Below are positions 37,023 to 46,195 of a stretch of DNA of 64,000 nucleotides, piece after piece. The notes beneath the pieces were generated by a model that was not told the DNA's origin, made no database searches, and was given only the letters and a program-made list of their open reading frames with translations. A program made the position numbers and the translations under genes. Source of the stretch: Armatimonadota bacterium (GTDB taxonomy: Bacteria > Armatimonadota > Fimbriimonadia > Fimbriimonadales > GBS-DC); contig JAIMAN010000006.1 in NCBI GenBank assembly GCA_023511915.1, positions 3,284 through 67,283 of the forward strand, written 5' to 3'. Each line of letters starts with the position of its first letter. Position 1 is the first letter of the stretch.

Positions 37023-38060
37023 ATGCGTGTGCAACCGATTGAGTGGCGCGACGGTGTCGTGGCGATTTTAGACCAGACGCAGTTGCCGCAGCGGGTAGTG
37101 GTTCACGAGTACGACAACTGGCAGGATGTGGCGGAGGCGATTCGCGGGATGCAGGTGCGCGGCGCGCCTGCGATTGGCATCGCCGCGGCGTATGGGCTTG
37201 CGCTCGCTGCGCGCGCGATCGACGCCCCGACGATGGAGGCGTTCCGCGCTGAGTTTGGGGCGGTGTGCCGCGCGTTCGCCCAAACGCGCCCGACTGCGGT
37301 GAACCTGTTCGGCGCGATTGAACGCCTGCAGGCGGTGGTCGCCCAGTGCCCGACGCCCGACGCAGCGCGGGCGCGTCTGCTTGAGGAGGCGCACGCCATC
37401 CGCGCGGAAGACCATGCCGCCGACCGCGCGATGGCAGAATACGGCGCGGCGCTGTTGCCCCCAAACGCCCGCGTGCTGACCATCTGCAACACGGGCGCAC
37501 TCGCAACAGGCGGCATCGGCACCGCGCTGGGCATTATCCGAATTGCGCACCAGCAGGGCAAACTCGCCCATGTGTACGCCTGCGAGACGCGCCCCCGCCT
37601 GCAGGGACTGAAACTCACCGCGTGGGAACTGCAACAGGAGGGCATCCCGTTCGAGGTGATTGCCGACAGCGCGGCAGGCGCACTCATGGCGCAGGGCAAG
37701 GTGGACGCCGTAATCGCAGGCGCAGACCGCATCGCTGCCAACGGCGACACTGCCAACAAAATCGGCACCTACACGCTGGCGGTGCTGGCCCACTATCACG
37801 GGGTTCCGTTCTACATCGCCGCGCCCGTCTCTACGATTGACCCGCGCACGCCCGACGGCGCGTCCATCCCGATTGAGTACCGCGACCCTGCGGAGATTAC
37901 GCACATCGACGGGCTGCAGATTGCTCCCACGGGCGCGCCCACGCTCAACCCCGCCTTCGATGTGACTCCCGCCGCGCTGATTCACGCCATCATCACGGAG
38001 CGAGGGGTGTTCCGCCCGCCGTATGATTTCGCTGCGCGCTTGCGTGCGTCAGATGGATAG
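37023..38060 (+). CDS. mtnA: S-methyl-5-thioribose-1-phosphate isomerase
   Basis: Contains MRVQPIEWRDGVVAILDQTQLP...VRGAPAIGIAAAYGLALA...ICNTGALATGG...GADRIAANGDTANKIGTY. Confidence 0.85.
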   Translation: MRVQPIEWRDGVVAILDQTQLPQRVVVHEYDNWQDVAEAIRGMQVRGAPAIGIAAAYGLALAARAIDAPTMEAFRAEFGAVCRAFAQTRPTAVNLFGAIERLQAVVAQCPTPDAARARLLEEAHAIRAEDHAADRAMAEYGAALLPPNARVLTICNTGALATGGIGTALGIIRIAHQQGKLAHVYACETRPRLQGLKLTAWELQQEGIPFEVIADSAAGALMAQGKVDAVIAGADRIAANGDTANKIGTYTLAVLAHYHGVPFYIAAPVSTIDPRTPDGASIPIEYRDPAEITHIDGLQIAPTGAPTLNPAFDVTPAALIHAIITERGVFRPPYDFAARLRASDG

Positions 38061-38081
38061 TCCGACAGGTAAAATTGCGCC

Positions 38082-39601
38082 ATGCCGCTGCAGGTGGTGT
38101 GGTTCAAGCGCGATTTACGCACGGTTGACCACGCGCCGTTGTATGAAGCCAGCCAGCGCGGGCAGGTCGCGCCGCTGTATATCTTCGAGCCCGAATTGTG
38201 GCGTCAGCCGACGCTTCGAATCGGCAGTGGCGGTTCGCCCGCGAATGCCTGCAGGAGTTAGACCGCGCGCTGGGACGGCTGGCAGGGCGACCCCGCGGGC
38301 TGATCCTGCGCACGGGCGACGCCGTCCGCGTGCTGGAGCAGATCCACCAGACGCATGGCATCGCTGCGCTGTGGGCGCACCAAGAAGTGGGCAACGACTG
38401 GACATTCCAGCGCGACCGTGCGGTGCGTTGCTGGGCGCGCGAGCGCGGCGTGCCCTTCCACGAGATTCCGCAAGACGGCGTCATTCGCGGGCTGCAATCG
38501 CGTGAGGGCTGGCGCGACCACTGGGACGCCGAGATGCGCCGCCCGCTTGTGCCTGAGCCGCCCGAGCTGCAGGTTGCGCCGTTGCCGTCGGATCCGCTGC
38601 CCGAATCGGTCGGCGACGATGCGTGTCCGCTGGCGCAGCGGGGCGGGCGCAGTCGCGGGCTGGCACTGCTGCGCTCGTTCCTGAGCCACCGTGTGCGGAG
38701 CTACGCGCGGGGGCTGTCGTCGCCGCTGACCGCGCCGAGCGCGTGTTCGCGCCTGTCGCCCTACCTGACCTACGGCGCACTGTCGCTGCGCGAGGTCGTG
38801 CAAGCCACCCGCCGCGCGATCGAGCAGGCATCAAGCGACCCGAAATTCGCAGGGCGATTGCGTTCCCTGCAGGCGTTCGAGGCGCGCCTGTCGTGGCGCA
38901 GCCACTTCGTGCAGCGGCTGGAGAGCCTGCCCAGCATCGAGTTCGAGCCGATGCACCCCGCGCTGGCTAACGACCGCACGCAGGTAGACCCCGCGCTGTT
39001 CGAGGCGTGGGCGCAAGGACGCACGGGCTACCCGTTTGTGGACGCCTGCATGCGCATGCTGCACGCAACGGGCTGGCTCAACTTCCGCATGCGGGCGATG
39101 CTGACTGCCTTCGCGTGCTATCACTTGTGGCAGCCGTGGCGCGCGGTGGGGCTGCACCTTGCACGGCTGTTCGTGGACTACGAGCCCGGCATCCACTGGA
39201 GCCAAATCCAGATGCAGGCGGGCTGCACGGGCATCAGCGCGTTCCGCATCTACAATGTGGTCAAGCAGTCGCACGACCAAGACCCGACAGGCGCGTTCAT
39301 TCGCCGTTGGGTTCCCGAACTGGCGCGTGTGCCCGCCGCGTGGATTCACGAGCCGTACCGCATGCCGCCTGAGTTGCAGCGGCAGTACGGGTGCGTGATC
39401 GGCGTGGACTACCCTGCGCCGATTGTGGCGCACGAGTTGACGGCGCGCGCCGCGCGGCAGAAACTCTTCGAGGCGTACCGCACGCCCGAAGCGAAGGCGA
39501 TTAGCGAGCAGTTGCTGCAACGGCACAGCAGCCGTTCCCGCCGCGAACCGCGCCATGCGCCCGCACGCGCCCAGCAGTTGGGGCTGTTTGACCCATCGTA
39601 G
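38082..39601 (+). pseudogene. Photolyase/cryptochrome family gene with a 1-nt frameshift near 38208-38211
   Basis: Frame from ATG 38082 reads MPLQVVWFKRDLRTVDHAPLYEASQRGQVAPLYIFEPELWRQP, then goes out of frame to a stop at 38259. Frame from 38198 reads ..DASNRQWRFARECLQELD... through the FAD-binding domain (WRSHF, GWLNFRMRAM, DYEPGIHWSQ). A TAAAAT box at 38070-38075 lies 6 nt before ATG 38082. Confidence 0.8.
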
Positions 39602-39636
39602 GACGCGATTGCCTATCGAGGTACAATTCCAGCGAT

Positions 39637-39870
39637 ATGGACAAGGCGCACATTTTGCAGTTGCTGACCCAGTTGTCCCCTGTGGAGCGGCTGTCGGTAC
39701 TCGAAGCAGCAATTCACCAACTACGGCGCGACATGGCGCGTGAGCTGCAGGCGAAGCAGTCGGCAGAGATGGAAGCCGCAGCGCACGCCCTCCTCGAAGA
39801 CTACCTTCACGACCCAGAGCTGACGATCTTCAGTTGCCTGGACAGTGAGGATTGGGATGAAACGCGGTGA
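39637..39870 (+). CDS. Antitoxin-like small protein (orphan)
   Basis: 77 aa. The C-terminal LEDYLHDPELTIFSCLDSEDWDE resembles antitoxins paired with MazF/PemK toxins. An overlapping ATG at 39857 opens MKRGEIWLI, a MazF-like start that then decays. Confidence 0.45.
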   Translation: MDKAHILQLLTQLSPVERLSVLEAAIHQLRRDMARELQAKQSAEMEAAAHALLEDYLHDPELTIFSCLDSEDWDETR

Positions 39871-39927
39871 GATTTGGCTCATCAGAGCCTCTCTGAGTGT
39901 ATCGCCACAAGGTACAATACTCCCCCG

Positions 39928-41145
39928 ATGCAGGCAAGCGTCACGGAACAGATTACCGCGCTTCGGCGCGGCGCGGACGACATCATCACCGAAGCGGAAC
40001 TGGAAGCCAAACTCGCGCGGGGCACGCCGCTGCGCGTCAAACTCGGCATCGACCCCACCGCGCCCGATGTGCATCTGGGCTGGGCGGTCGTGCTGCGTAA
40101 ACTGCGCCAGTTCCAAGACTTCGGGCACACCGCCTGCCTGATTGTGGGCGACTTCACCGCGATGATCGGCGACCCGACAGGCAAGTCCAAAACCCGCCGC
40201 CAACTCAGCCGCGAGGAGGTCATGGGCTATGTGGAGCGCCTCAAGCCGCAACTGTTCCGCATTTTAGACCCCGACCGCACGCAGGTCTACTACAACGCCG
40301 ACTGGCTGGGCAAGATGACCTTCGCCGATGTGATTCAACTCGCCAGCCGCTACACGGTCGCCCGCATCCTCTCGCGCGAGGACTTCGCCAACCGCCTCGC
40401 CAACAACCTGCCGCTGGGCATGCACGAAATCCTCTATCCGCTGTGTCAGGGCTACGACTCGGTGGCGATTGAGGCGGATGTGGAACTGGGCGGCAGCGAC
40501 CAGCGGTTCAACAACCTCGTCGGACGCGACCTGCAGCGCGAGTACGGGCAGGAGCCGCAAATCGTGTTCCTGATGCCCCTGCTGATAGGGCTGGACGGCG
40601 CGGACAAGATGAGCCAGTCGCTGGGCAACTATATCGGCATCAGCGAGCCGCCCGACCAGATGTTCGGCAAGGTGATGAGCCTGCCCGACGAGTTGATGAC
40701 GCACTATTTTGTGCTGTGTACCGATGTGCCGCTGGAGGAGGTCGAGGCGTTGGAGCGCGACTGGCGCGAAGGGCGGGTCAACCCGCGTGATGTGAAGCGA
40801 CGCTTGGCGCGGGAGATTGTCGCGCTGTACCACTCGCCCGACGCCGCCGCGCACGCCGACGAGGAGTTTGTGCGCATCTTCTCGCAGCGCCAAGCGCCCA
40901 CCGACGCGCCCGAAGTGGCGATCCCGCCGCACCTCATCCGCGAGGATGGCACGGTCATGCTGGCGGCGCTGATTGCGGGGATCGGCTACGCGCCGAGCAA
41001 CTCGGAGGCGCGTCGGCTCATCCAAGGCGGCGGGGTGGAGTTGGACGGCGAGCGCGTCGGCGATCCGACGGCGGTCTACCCTGCCGACGACCTGCGCGGG
41101 CGACTGCTGCGCGTGGGCAAGCACCGCTTCGCACGGCTGCGCTAA
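39928..41145 (+). CDS. tyrS: Tyrosine--tRNA ligase
   Basis: Contains DPTAPDVHLGW, KMSQSLGN and a C-terminal S4-like domain. A TACAAT box at 39913-39918 lies 9 nt before the ATG. Confidence 0.9.
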   Translation: MQASVTEQITALRRGADDIITEAELEAKLARGTPLRVKLGIDPTAPDVHLGWAVVLRKLRQFQDFGHTACLIVGDFTAMIGDPTGKSKTRRQLSREEVMGYVERLKPQLFRILDPDRTQVYYNADWLGKMTFADVIQLASRYTVARILSREDFANRLANNLPLGMHEILYPLCQGYDSVAIEADVELGGSDQRFNNLVGRDLQREYGQEPQIVFLMPLLIGLDGADKMSQSLGNYIGISEPPDQMFGKVMSLPDELMTHYFVLCTDVPLEEVEALERDWREGRVNPRDVKRRLAREIVALYHSPDAAAHADEEFVRIFSQRQAPTDAPEVAIPPHLIREDGTVMLAALIAGIGYAPSNSEARRLIQGGGVELDGERVGDPTAVYPADDLRGRLLRVGKHRFARLR

Positions 41146-41182
41146 ACTCCGCCTCACGCCTCTAGGTAGGTACTCTATCGCC

Positions 41183-41773
41183 ATGTTCACGGGGATTGTG
41201 GAAGCGACGGGCGTGGTGGAGGCGATGACGCCTCATCCTGACGGCGGGGCGCGGCTGACGATACGCGCCTTCCCGATGACAGTCGGCGAGAGCCTCGCGA
41301 TTAACGGCGTGTGCCTGACCGTGCAGCACGCGGAAGGCGACCGCCTGCACTTCGACGCCGTGCCCGAAACATTGCGCCGCACGAATTTGGGCGACCTCAA
41401 AGCGGGCGACCGCGTGAACTTGGAGCGACCACTCACGCCCGAAAGTCGGCTGGGCGGGCACTTCGTGCAAGGGCATGTGGACACCACCGCGCGGCTGGTG
41501 GAAGTGCGCCCCGAAGGCAACGCCCGCGTGCTGCGATTCCAACTGGACGACACCCGCTACATGCGCTACATCGTGCCCAAAGGCTCCATCGCGGTGGACG
41601 GCATCAGCCTCACGGTGGTCGATGTCGGCGACGACTGGTTCACCGTGTGGATTATCCCGCACACTTGGGAGGCGACGAACCTGCACGCACGGCAGGTGGG
41701 CGAGCGCGTGAACATCGAGACCGACATCTTAGCGCGGTATGTGGAACGGCTTCTGGAGCGGGATGAAGTTTGA
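41183..41773 (+). CDS. ribE: Riboflavin synthase alpha chain
   Basis: Contains MFTGIVEATG...SLAINGVCLTV...GSIAVDGISLTV. A TACTCT box at 41171-41176 lies 6 nt before the ATG. Confidence 0.9.
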   Translation: MFTGIVEATGVVEAMTPHPDGGARLTIRAFPMTVGESLAINGVCLTVQHAEGDRLHFDAVPETLRRTNLGDLKAGDRVNLERPLTPESRLGGHFVQGHVDTTARLVEVRPEGNARVLRFQLDDTRYMRYIVPKGSIAVDGISLTVVDVGDDWFTVWIIPHTWEATNLHARQVGERVNIETDILARYVERLLERDEV

Positions 41774-41800
41774 TTCCTGCGCAGGCGGTACAATTGGCGC

Positions 41801-42535
41801 GTGATGAAGCCGTTGGAAGTGATCCCCGCGATTGACCTGCGCGGGGGGTACGCCGTGCGCTTGCTGCAGGGCGACTACGCGCAGGAGACCCGCTACCATG
41901 ACGACCCCGTCGCGTTGGCGCAGCACTGGGCGCAGCGCGGTGCGCCCCGCCTGCACCTTGTAGACCTTGACGGCGCACGCGCGGGCTACCCCGCGCAACT
42001 GGAACTGATACGGCGCGTCATCCGCGCGGTGGACATCCCTGTGCAGGTGGGGGGCGGGGTGCGCTCGGACGACGCCGTGCGTCTGCTGCTCCAGGCGGGG
42101 GCGAATCGCGTGATTGTGGGCACGCTCGCTGTGGATCAGCCCGACGCTGCCGAAGCGATTTTCCGCAAGTACGGCGCGCAGGTCGCCCTCGCGCTCGATG
42201 TCAAGTCGGGGCGCGCGGCGACCGCAGGCTGGCAATCGGTGTCGGAGACGCCCTATCTGCAGTTCGCGCAGGAGATGGCACAGCGCGGCGCACAGCGCAT
42301 CATCTTCACACAGGTCGAGCGCGACGGCACGCTGCAGGGCGTGGCGTTCGAGCCGCTGATTGACCTGCTGCGCGCGGTGTCTGTGCCCGTGATTGCGTCG
42401 GGCGGCGTGCGCGACGCGGGCGACCTACGCACTTTGCACGCGCTGGCGCAGTCCACCGCGCTGGAGGGCGTCATCGTCGGCAAGGCGCTCTACGAAGGCG
42501 CGCTCGGCGACGACTGCTGGCAAGCGTTCGGCTGA
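41801..42535 (+). CDS. hisA: 1-(5-phosphoribosyl)-5-[(5-phosphoribosylamino)methylideneamino]imidazole-4-carboxamide isomerase
   Basis: Contains VIPAIDLRGGYAVRLLQGDY...LHLVDLDGA...GGGVRS...SGGV. A TACAAT box at 41789-41794 lies 6 nt before GTG 41801 (ATG at 41804). Confidence 0.85.
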   Translation: MMKPLEVIPAIDLRGGYAVRLLQGDYAQETRYHDDPVALAQHWAQRGAPRLHLVDLDGARAGYPAQLELIRRVIRAVDIPVQVGGGVRSDDAVRLLLQAGANRVIVGTLAVDQPDAAEAIFRKYGAQVALALDVKSGRAATAGWQSVSETPYLQFAQEMAQRGAQRIIFTQVERDGTLQGVAFEPLIDLLRAVSVPVIASGGVRDAGDLRTLHALAQSTALEGVIVGKALYEGALGDDCWQAFG

Positions 42536-42541
42536 ACCCCG

Positions 42542-44995
42542 CTACAGCATCGCCTCCGTGCGCTCCGCTTCCTTGAGGCGGTCTTCCAGTCGCTCGCCGT
42601 GCGCCAACGCCAGCGGCAGCACCTCGTCCATGTGGCGCACCAAGTGGAACTGCATCTGCTCGCGCACATGGTCGGGGATGTCGTCCAGGTCGGGTTCGTT
42701 CTCGGCGGGCAGGATGACCTCGTAGATGCCCGCGCGGTGCGCCGCGATAACCTTCTCTTTGATGCCGCCGACGGGCAGCACGCGCCCGCGCAGGGTGATC
42801 TCGCCCGTCATGGCGATGTCGCGCCGCACAGGACGCCCCATCAGCGCGGACGCCAGCGCGGTCGCCATCGTGATGCCCGCCGAGGGACCGTCTTTCGGGA
42901 TCGCGCCTTCGGGCACATGGATGTGGATGTCGCGATTGCGGTAGAACTCGGGGTCGATGCCCAGATGCAGCGCGCGCGAGCGGATGTAGGTCATCGCCGC
43001 CTGCGCCGACTCTTTCATCACCTCGCCGAGGTGCCCCGTCAGCAGCAGCCGCCCCTCGTGCCCAGGCACGACGGCGACTTCGACGGACATCACATCGCCG
43101 CCGAACTCGGTGTACGCCAGCCCCATCGCCACGCCCACCTCGTCTTTCTCCTCCTTGACGCCGAATCGGTAGCGCGGCTTGCCCAGAAACTCCGCGACCT
43201 TCGGCGCATCCACCGCCACACGCACCCGCTCGCCCGCCGCGACCTGCTTGGCGACCTTGCGGCAGATGGTGGACAACTCGCGTTCGAGGTTGCGCACGCC
43301 CGCCTCGCGCGTGTATTCGCGGATGATGCGCAGCAGCGCGTCCTCGCCAATCTCCAGATGCTCAGCCGTCAGCCCGTGCCGCTCCAGCACGCGCGGAATC
43401 AGGTAATCGCACGCGATGTGCAGCTTTTCGTCCTCCGTGTAGCCCGAGAACTGGATAATCTCCATGCGGTCGCGCAGCGGCGGCGGGATGGTCTCCAGCG
43501 TGTTCGCCGTCGTGATGAACATCACATCCGACAGGTCGAACGGCGCCTCCAGATAGTGGTCGGAGAACTTGTCGTTTTGTTCGGGGTCTAACGCCTCCAG
43601 CAGGGCGGAGGTGGGGTCGCCGCGGAAGTCGTAGCCGAGTTTGTCGATTTCGTCCAGCATGAACACGGGGTTGCGCGTGCCCGCTTGCCGCAGCCCCTGA
43701 ATGATGCGTCCGGGCATCGCGCCGATGTAGGTGCGTCGGTGTCCGCGAATTTCCGCTTCGTCGCGCACGCCGCCCAGCGACACGCGAATGAACTTGCGTC
43801 CCAGCGCGCGGGCGATCGAGCGACCCAGCGAGGTCTTGCCCACGCCCGGCGGTCCCACAAAGCACAGAATCGGTCCCTTGAGCGAGCCTGCGAGTTTGCG
43901 TACCGCCAGGAACTCCAGCACGCGCTCTTTGACTTTCTTAAGCCCGTAGTGGTCTTCGTCCAGAATCTGCGCCGCTTCCGCGATGTCCACGCGGTCTTCG
44001 GTGCGCTCTTGCCACGGCAGCGAGAGCATCACATCGAGGTAGGTGCGGATGACCGACGCTTCGGGCGAGCCGAAGGGCATCTTTTCGAGGCGGTCAACCT
44101 CTTTGAGGGCGCGCTCGGCGATGTCTTCGGGCATGCCCGACTCGGCGATGCGCTTGCGGTAGTCTTCCACTTCCGAGAAGCGGTCGTCGCGTTCGCCCAG
44201 TTCGCGCTGGATGATTTTGAGTTGCTCGCGCAGGTAGTATTCGCGTTGCGTGTCGCCGAGTTCCTGCTCCACACGGTCGCGGATGCGCTGTTGTAGCTCG
44301 ACGACCTCCAACTCGTGGCGCAGTAGGTGTACCAGCGTTTCGAGCCGCTCCTTGACAGGCACGGTCTCCAGCACTTTCTGTTTGTCGGTGAAGCGCAGGG
44401 GCGCAAAGTGCGCAATTGTGTCGGCGAGTCGCCCTGGCTCTTGCATGTAGGCGATGGTGGCGACGACTTCGGGCGGGATGCTGCGCTCGTGTGAGGCGAT
44501 TTCCTCGAACATCTCGACTGCCGAGCGCATCAGCGCCTCGATGTCGGTGGTCAGTTTCGCCTCGCGCGTGGGGATGGGGTCAATCCGCGCCAGCAGGTAC
44601 GGCTCGTCGGACTGAAGCGCAACCAGTCGCGCGCGTTGCACCCCGCGAAACACGACGCGCATCGTGTTGTCGGGCGCGTGAATCGCTTGCAAAATCTCGG
44701 CGACGACCCCCACCTCAAACAGGTCTTCCAGCGTCGGCTCCTCTATGGTGACATCGCGCTGGGTGACCAGCAGCATCAGTTTGTTGTGCATCTCCAGCGC
44801 GGCTTCGACGGCGCGGAGCGACTTCTCGCGCCCCACCAGCACAGGCGCGAGCGTGTTCGGGAAGTAAACATTGTCGCGCACAGGCAGGATGGGCAACGCG
44901 CTTGGCACTTCCACGCGCCGTTTGACCACGCGCCGCCGCCGTCGGGCAGGCGTCTCCACAGGTTCCGATACAGGCGAAGTTTTCTTTCTCGGCAT
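42542..44995 (-). CDS. lon: ATP-dependent Lon protease (endopeptidase La)
   Basis: 817 aa with Walker [16 protein letters not shown] and the protease motif [15 protein letters not shown]. Confidence 0.95.
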   Translation of the reverse strand: MPRKKTSPVSEPVETPARRRRRVVKRRVEVPSALPILPVRDNVYFPNTLAPVLVGREKSLRAVEAALEMHNKLMLLVTQRDVTIEEPTLEDLFEVGVVAEILQAIHAPDNTMRVVFRGVQRARLVALQSDEPYLLARIDPIPTREAKLTTDIEALMRSAVEMFEEIASHERSIPPEVVATIAYMQEPGRLADTIAHFAPLRFTDKQKVLETVPVKERLETLVHLLRHELEVVELQQRIRDRVEQELGDTQREYYLREQLKIIQRELGERDDRFSEVEDYRKRIAESGMPEDIAERALKEVDRLEKMPFGSPEASVIRTYLDVMLSLPWQERTEDRVDIAEAAQILDEDHYGLKKVKERVLEFLAVRKLAGSLKGPILCFVGPPGVGKTSLGRSIARALGRKFIRVSLGGVRDEAEIRGHRRTYIGAMPGRIIQGLRQAGTRNPVFMLDEIDKLGYDFRGDPTSALLEALDPEQNDKFSDHYLEAPFDLSDVMFITTANTLETIPPPLRDRMEIIQFSGYTEDEKLHIACDYLIPRVLERHGLTAEHLEIGEDALLRIIREYTREAGVRNLERELSTICRKVAKQVAAGERVRVAVDAPKVAEFLGKPRYRFGVKEEKDEVGVAMGLAYTEFGGDVMSVEVAVVPGHEGRLLLTGHLGEVMKESAQAAMTYIRSRALHLGIDPEFYRNRDIHIHVPEGAIPKDGPSAGITMATALASALMGRPVRRDIAMTGEITLRGRVLPVGGIKEKVIAAHRAGIYEVILPAENEPDLDDIPDHVREQMQFHLVRHMDEVLPLALAHGERLEDRLKEAERTEAML

Positions 44996-45041
44996 AGCGT
45001 CTACCTCATGGATATACGCAATTAGGGCGATTGCGTTCCAG

Positions 45042-45071
45042 AGATTCGCCGCGCCTGCGCCGATTCCTGCC
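45042..45071 (-). promoter_or_regulatory. Bipartite promoter-like motif GGCAGGAATC-N11-GGCGAATCT upstream of lon
   Basis: Read on the minus strand, 46 nt upstream of the lon ATG. The leader contains GAGGT. Confidence 0.4.
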
Positions 45072-45081
45072 GTTCGCGAGT

Positions 45082-45111
45082 AGCAGGAGCGCGCGCATTA
45101 TGGGCGAATCG
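45082..45111 (+). promoter_or_regulatory. Weaker copy AGCAGGAGCG-N11-GGCGAATCG upstream of sbcD
   Basis: Back-to-back with the lon copy. Ends 7 nt before ATG 45119. Confidence 0.3.
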
Positions 45112-45118
45112 AGACCGC

Positions 45119-46195
45119 ATGCTCCGCTTCGCCCACACGGCGGATGTGCATTTGGGCAGGGCGTTCGGCTATCTGGGCGACTCGGCGTCGGCGCATCAGG
45201 AGCGACTCAAGCGGGCGTTCCAGCGCGTGTTCACTCAGGCGCAGGCGCACGGGTGCGCGCTGGTATTGATTGCGGGCGACCTGTTCGACAGCCCCAGCGT
45301 CGGACGCGAGTGGGTCGCCTTCGCGCTGCAGACCATCGCCGACGCGCGCCTGCCGACGGTGGTCATCCCCGGCAATCACGACCCTGCCGAGCGACACCCG
45401 TTCCGCGACGCCGCGCTGCCAAGCAATCTGCACTTCCTCGCGGAGACGGGACGCTTGCGCCTGCCAACGCTGGATGTGGAGATTGTCGCCTGCCCTGCAG
45501 GGGACGCCGTGCGTTGGGAGACCGCCTTGCGGCGCGACCCGCACGGCGCGCCGCTGCAACTCGCGCTGACGCACGGCTCGATGCCCGCCGCAGGCATTCA
45601 GGGCGCAATCCAGCCCGCATGGATCGGCGCGAGCGGGCTGGACTATGTCGCGCTGGGCGACTGGCACTCGCCGCAGGAGTGGACGCAGGGTCAGACCGTG
45701 TGCTGGTACAGCGGCGCGCCTGAGATGATTCTGCCCCGCCAGCGACTGCCCGCCACGATGTGCCTTGTAGACCTGCAGCAGGGTCAGCCCGCGCGCGTGT
45801 CGCACCTGCCCACAGGCGAGGCGCGCTACCCCGACAGCGCGCCCGACGGCATCCTGACCTGCGATGTCTCGCCCTATCGCGACGCGCAGGGCTTGCTGCA
45901 CGACCTCTCGGCGATGCTGACGCCCGAAACGGTCGCAACCATTCGCCTTGTCGGTCGCTGGAACGCCGACGAGCCGCTGGACGCCGCGACGCTTGCCGAG
46001 TACCTGCAACCGCGCTGCCTCTGGCTGGAGGTGCAACCCGCCTACCAAGCGGGCGAACTCACCCCGCGCACGCCGTTCGAAGACCTGCTGACGCAACTGG
46101 CGCAGGCATATGAGTCGCGCGCCCCGCAGGACGCCGCCCTGTACCGCGAGGCGGCGCAACTGAGCCTCTATCTGCTGCGCGGAGGGCGACTGTGA
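45119..46195 (+). CDS. sbcD: SbcD/Mre11-like metallophosphoesterase (DNA repair exonuclease)
   Basis: Contains FAHTADVHLGRAF, LIAGDLFD and PGNHD motifs. Overlaps the next gene by 4 nt. Confidence 0.75.
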   Translation: MLRFAHTADVHLGRAFGYLGDSASAHQERLKRAFQRVFTQAQAHGCALVLIAGDLFDSPSVGREWVAFALQTIADARLPTVVIPGNHDPAERHPFRDAALPSNLHFLAETGRLRLPTLDVEIVACPAGDAVRWETALRRDPHGAPLQLALTHGSMPAAGIQGAIQPAWIGASGLDYVALGDWHSPQEWTQGQTVCWYSGAPEMILPRQRLPATMCLVDLQQGQPARVSHLPTGEARYPDSAPDGILTCDVSPYRDAQGLLHDLSAMLTPETVATIRLVGRWNADEPLDAATLAEYLQPRCLWLEVQPAYQAGELTPRTPFEDLLTQLAQAYESRAPQDAALYREAAQLSLYLLRGGRL

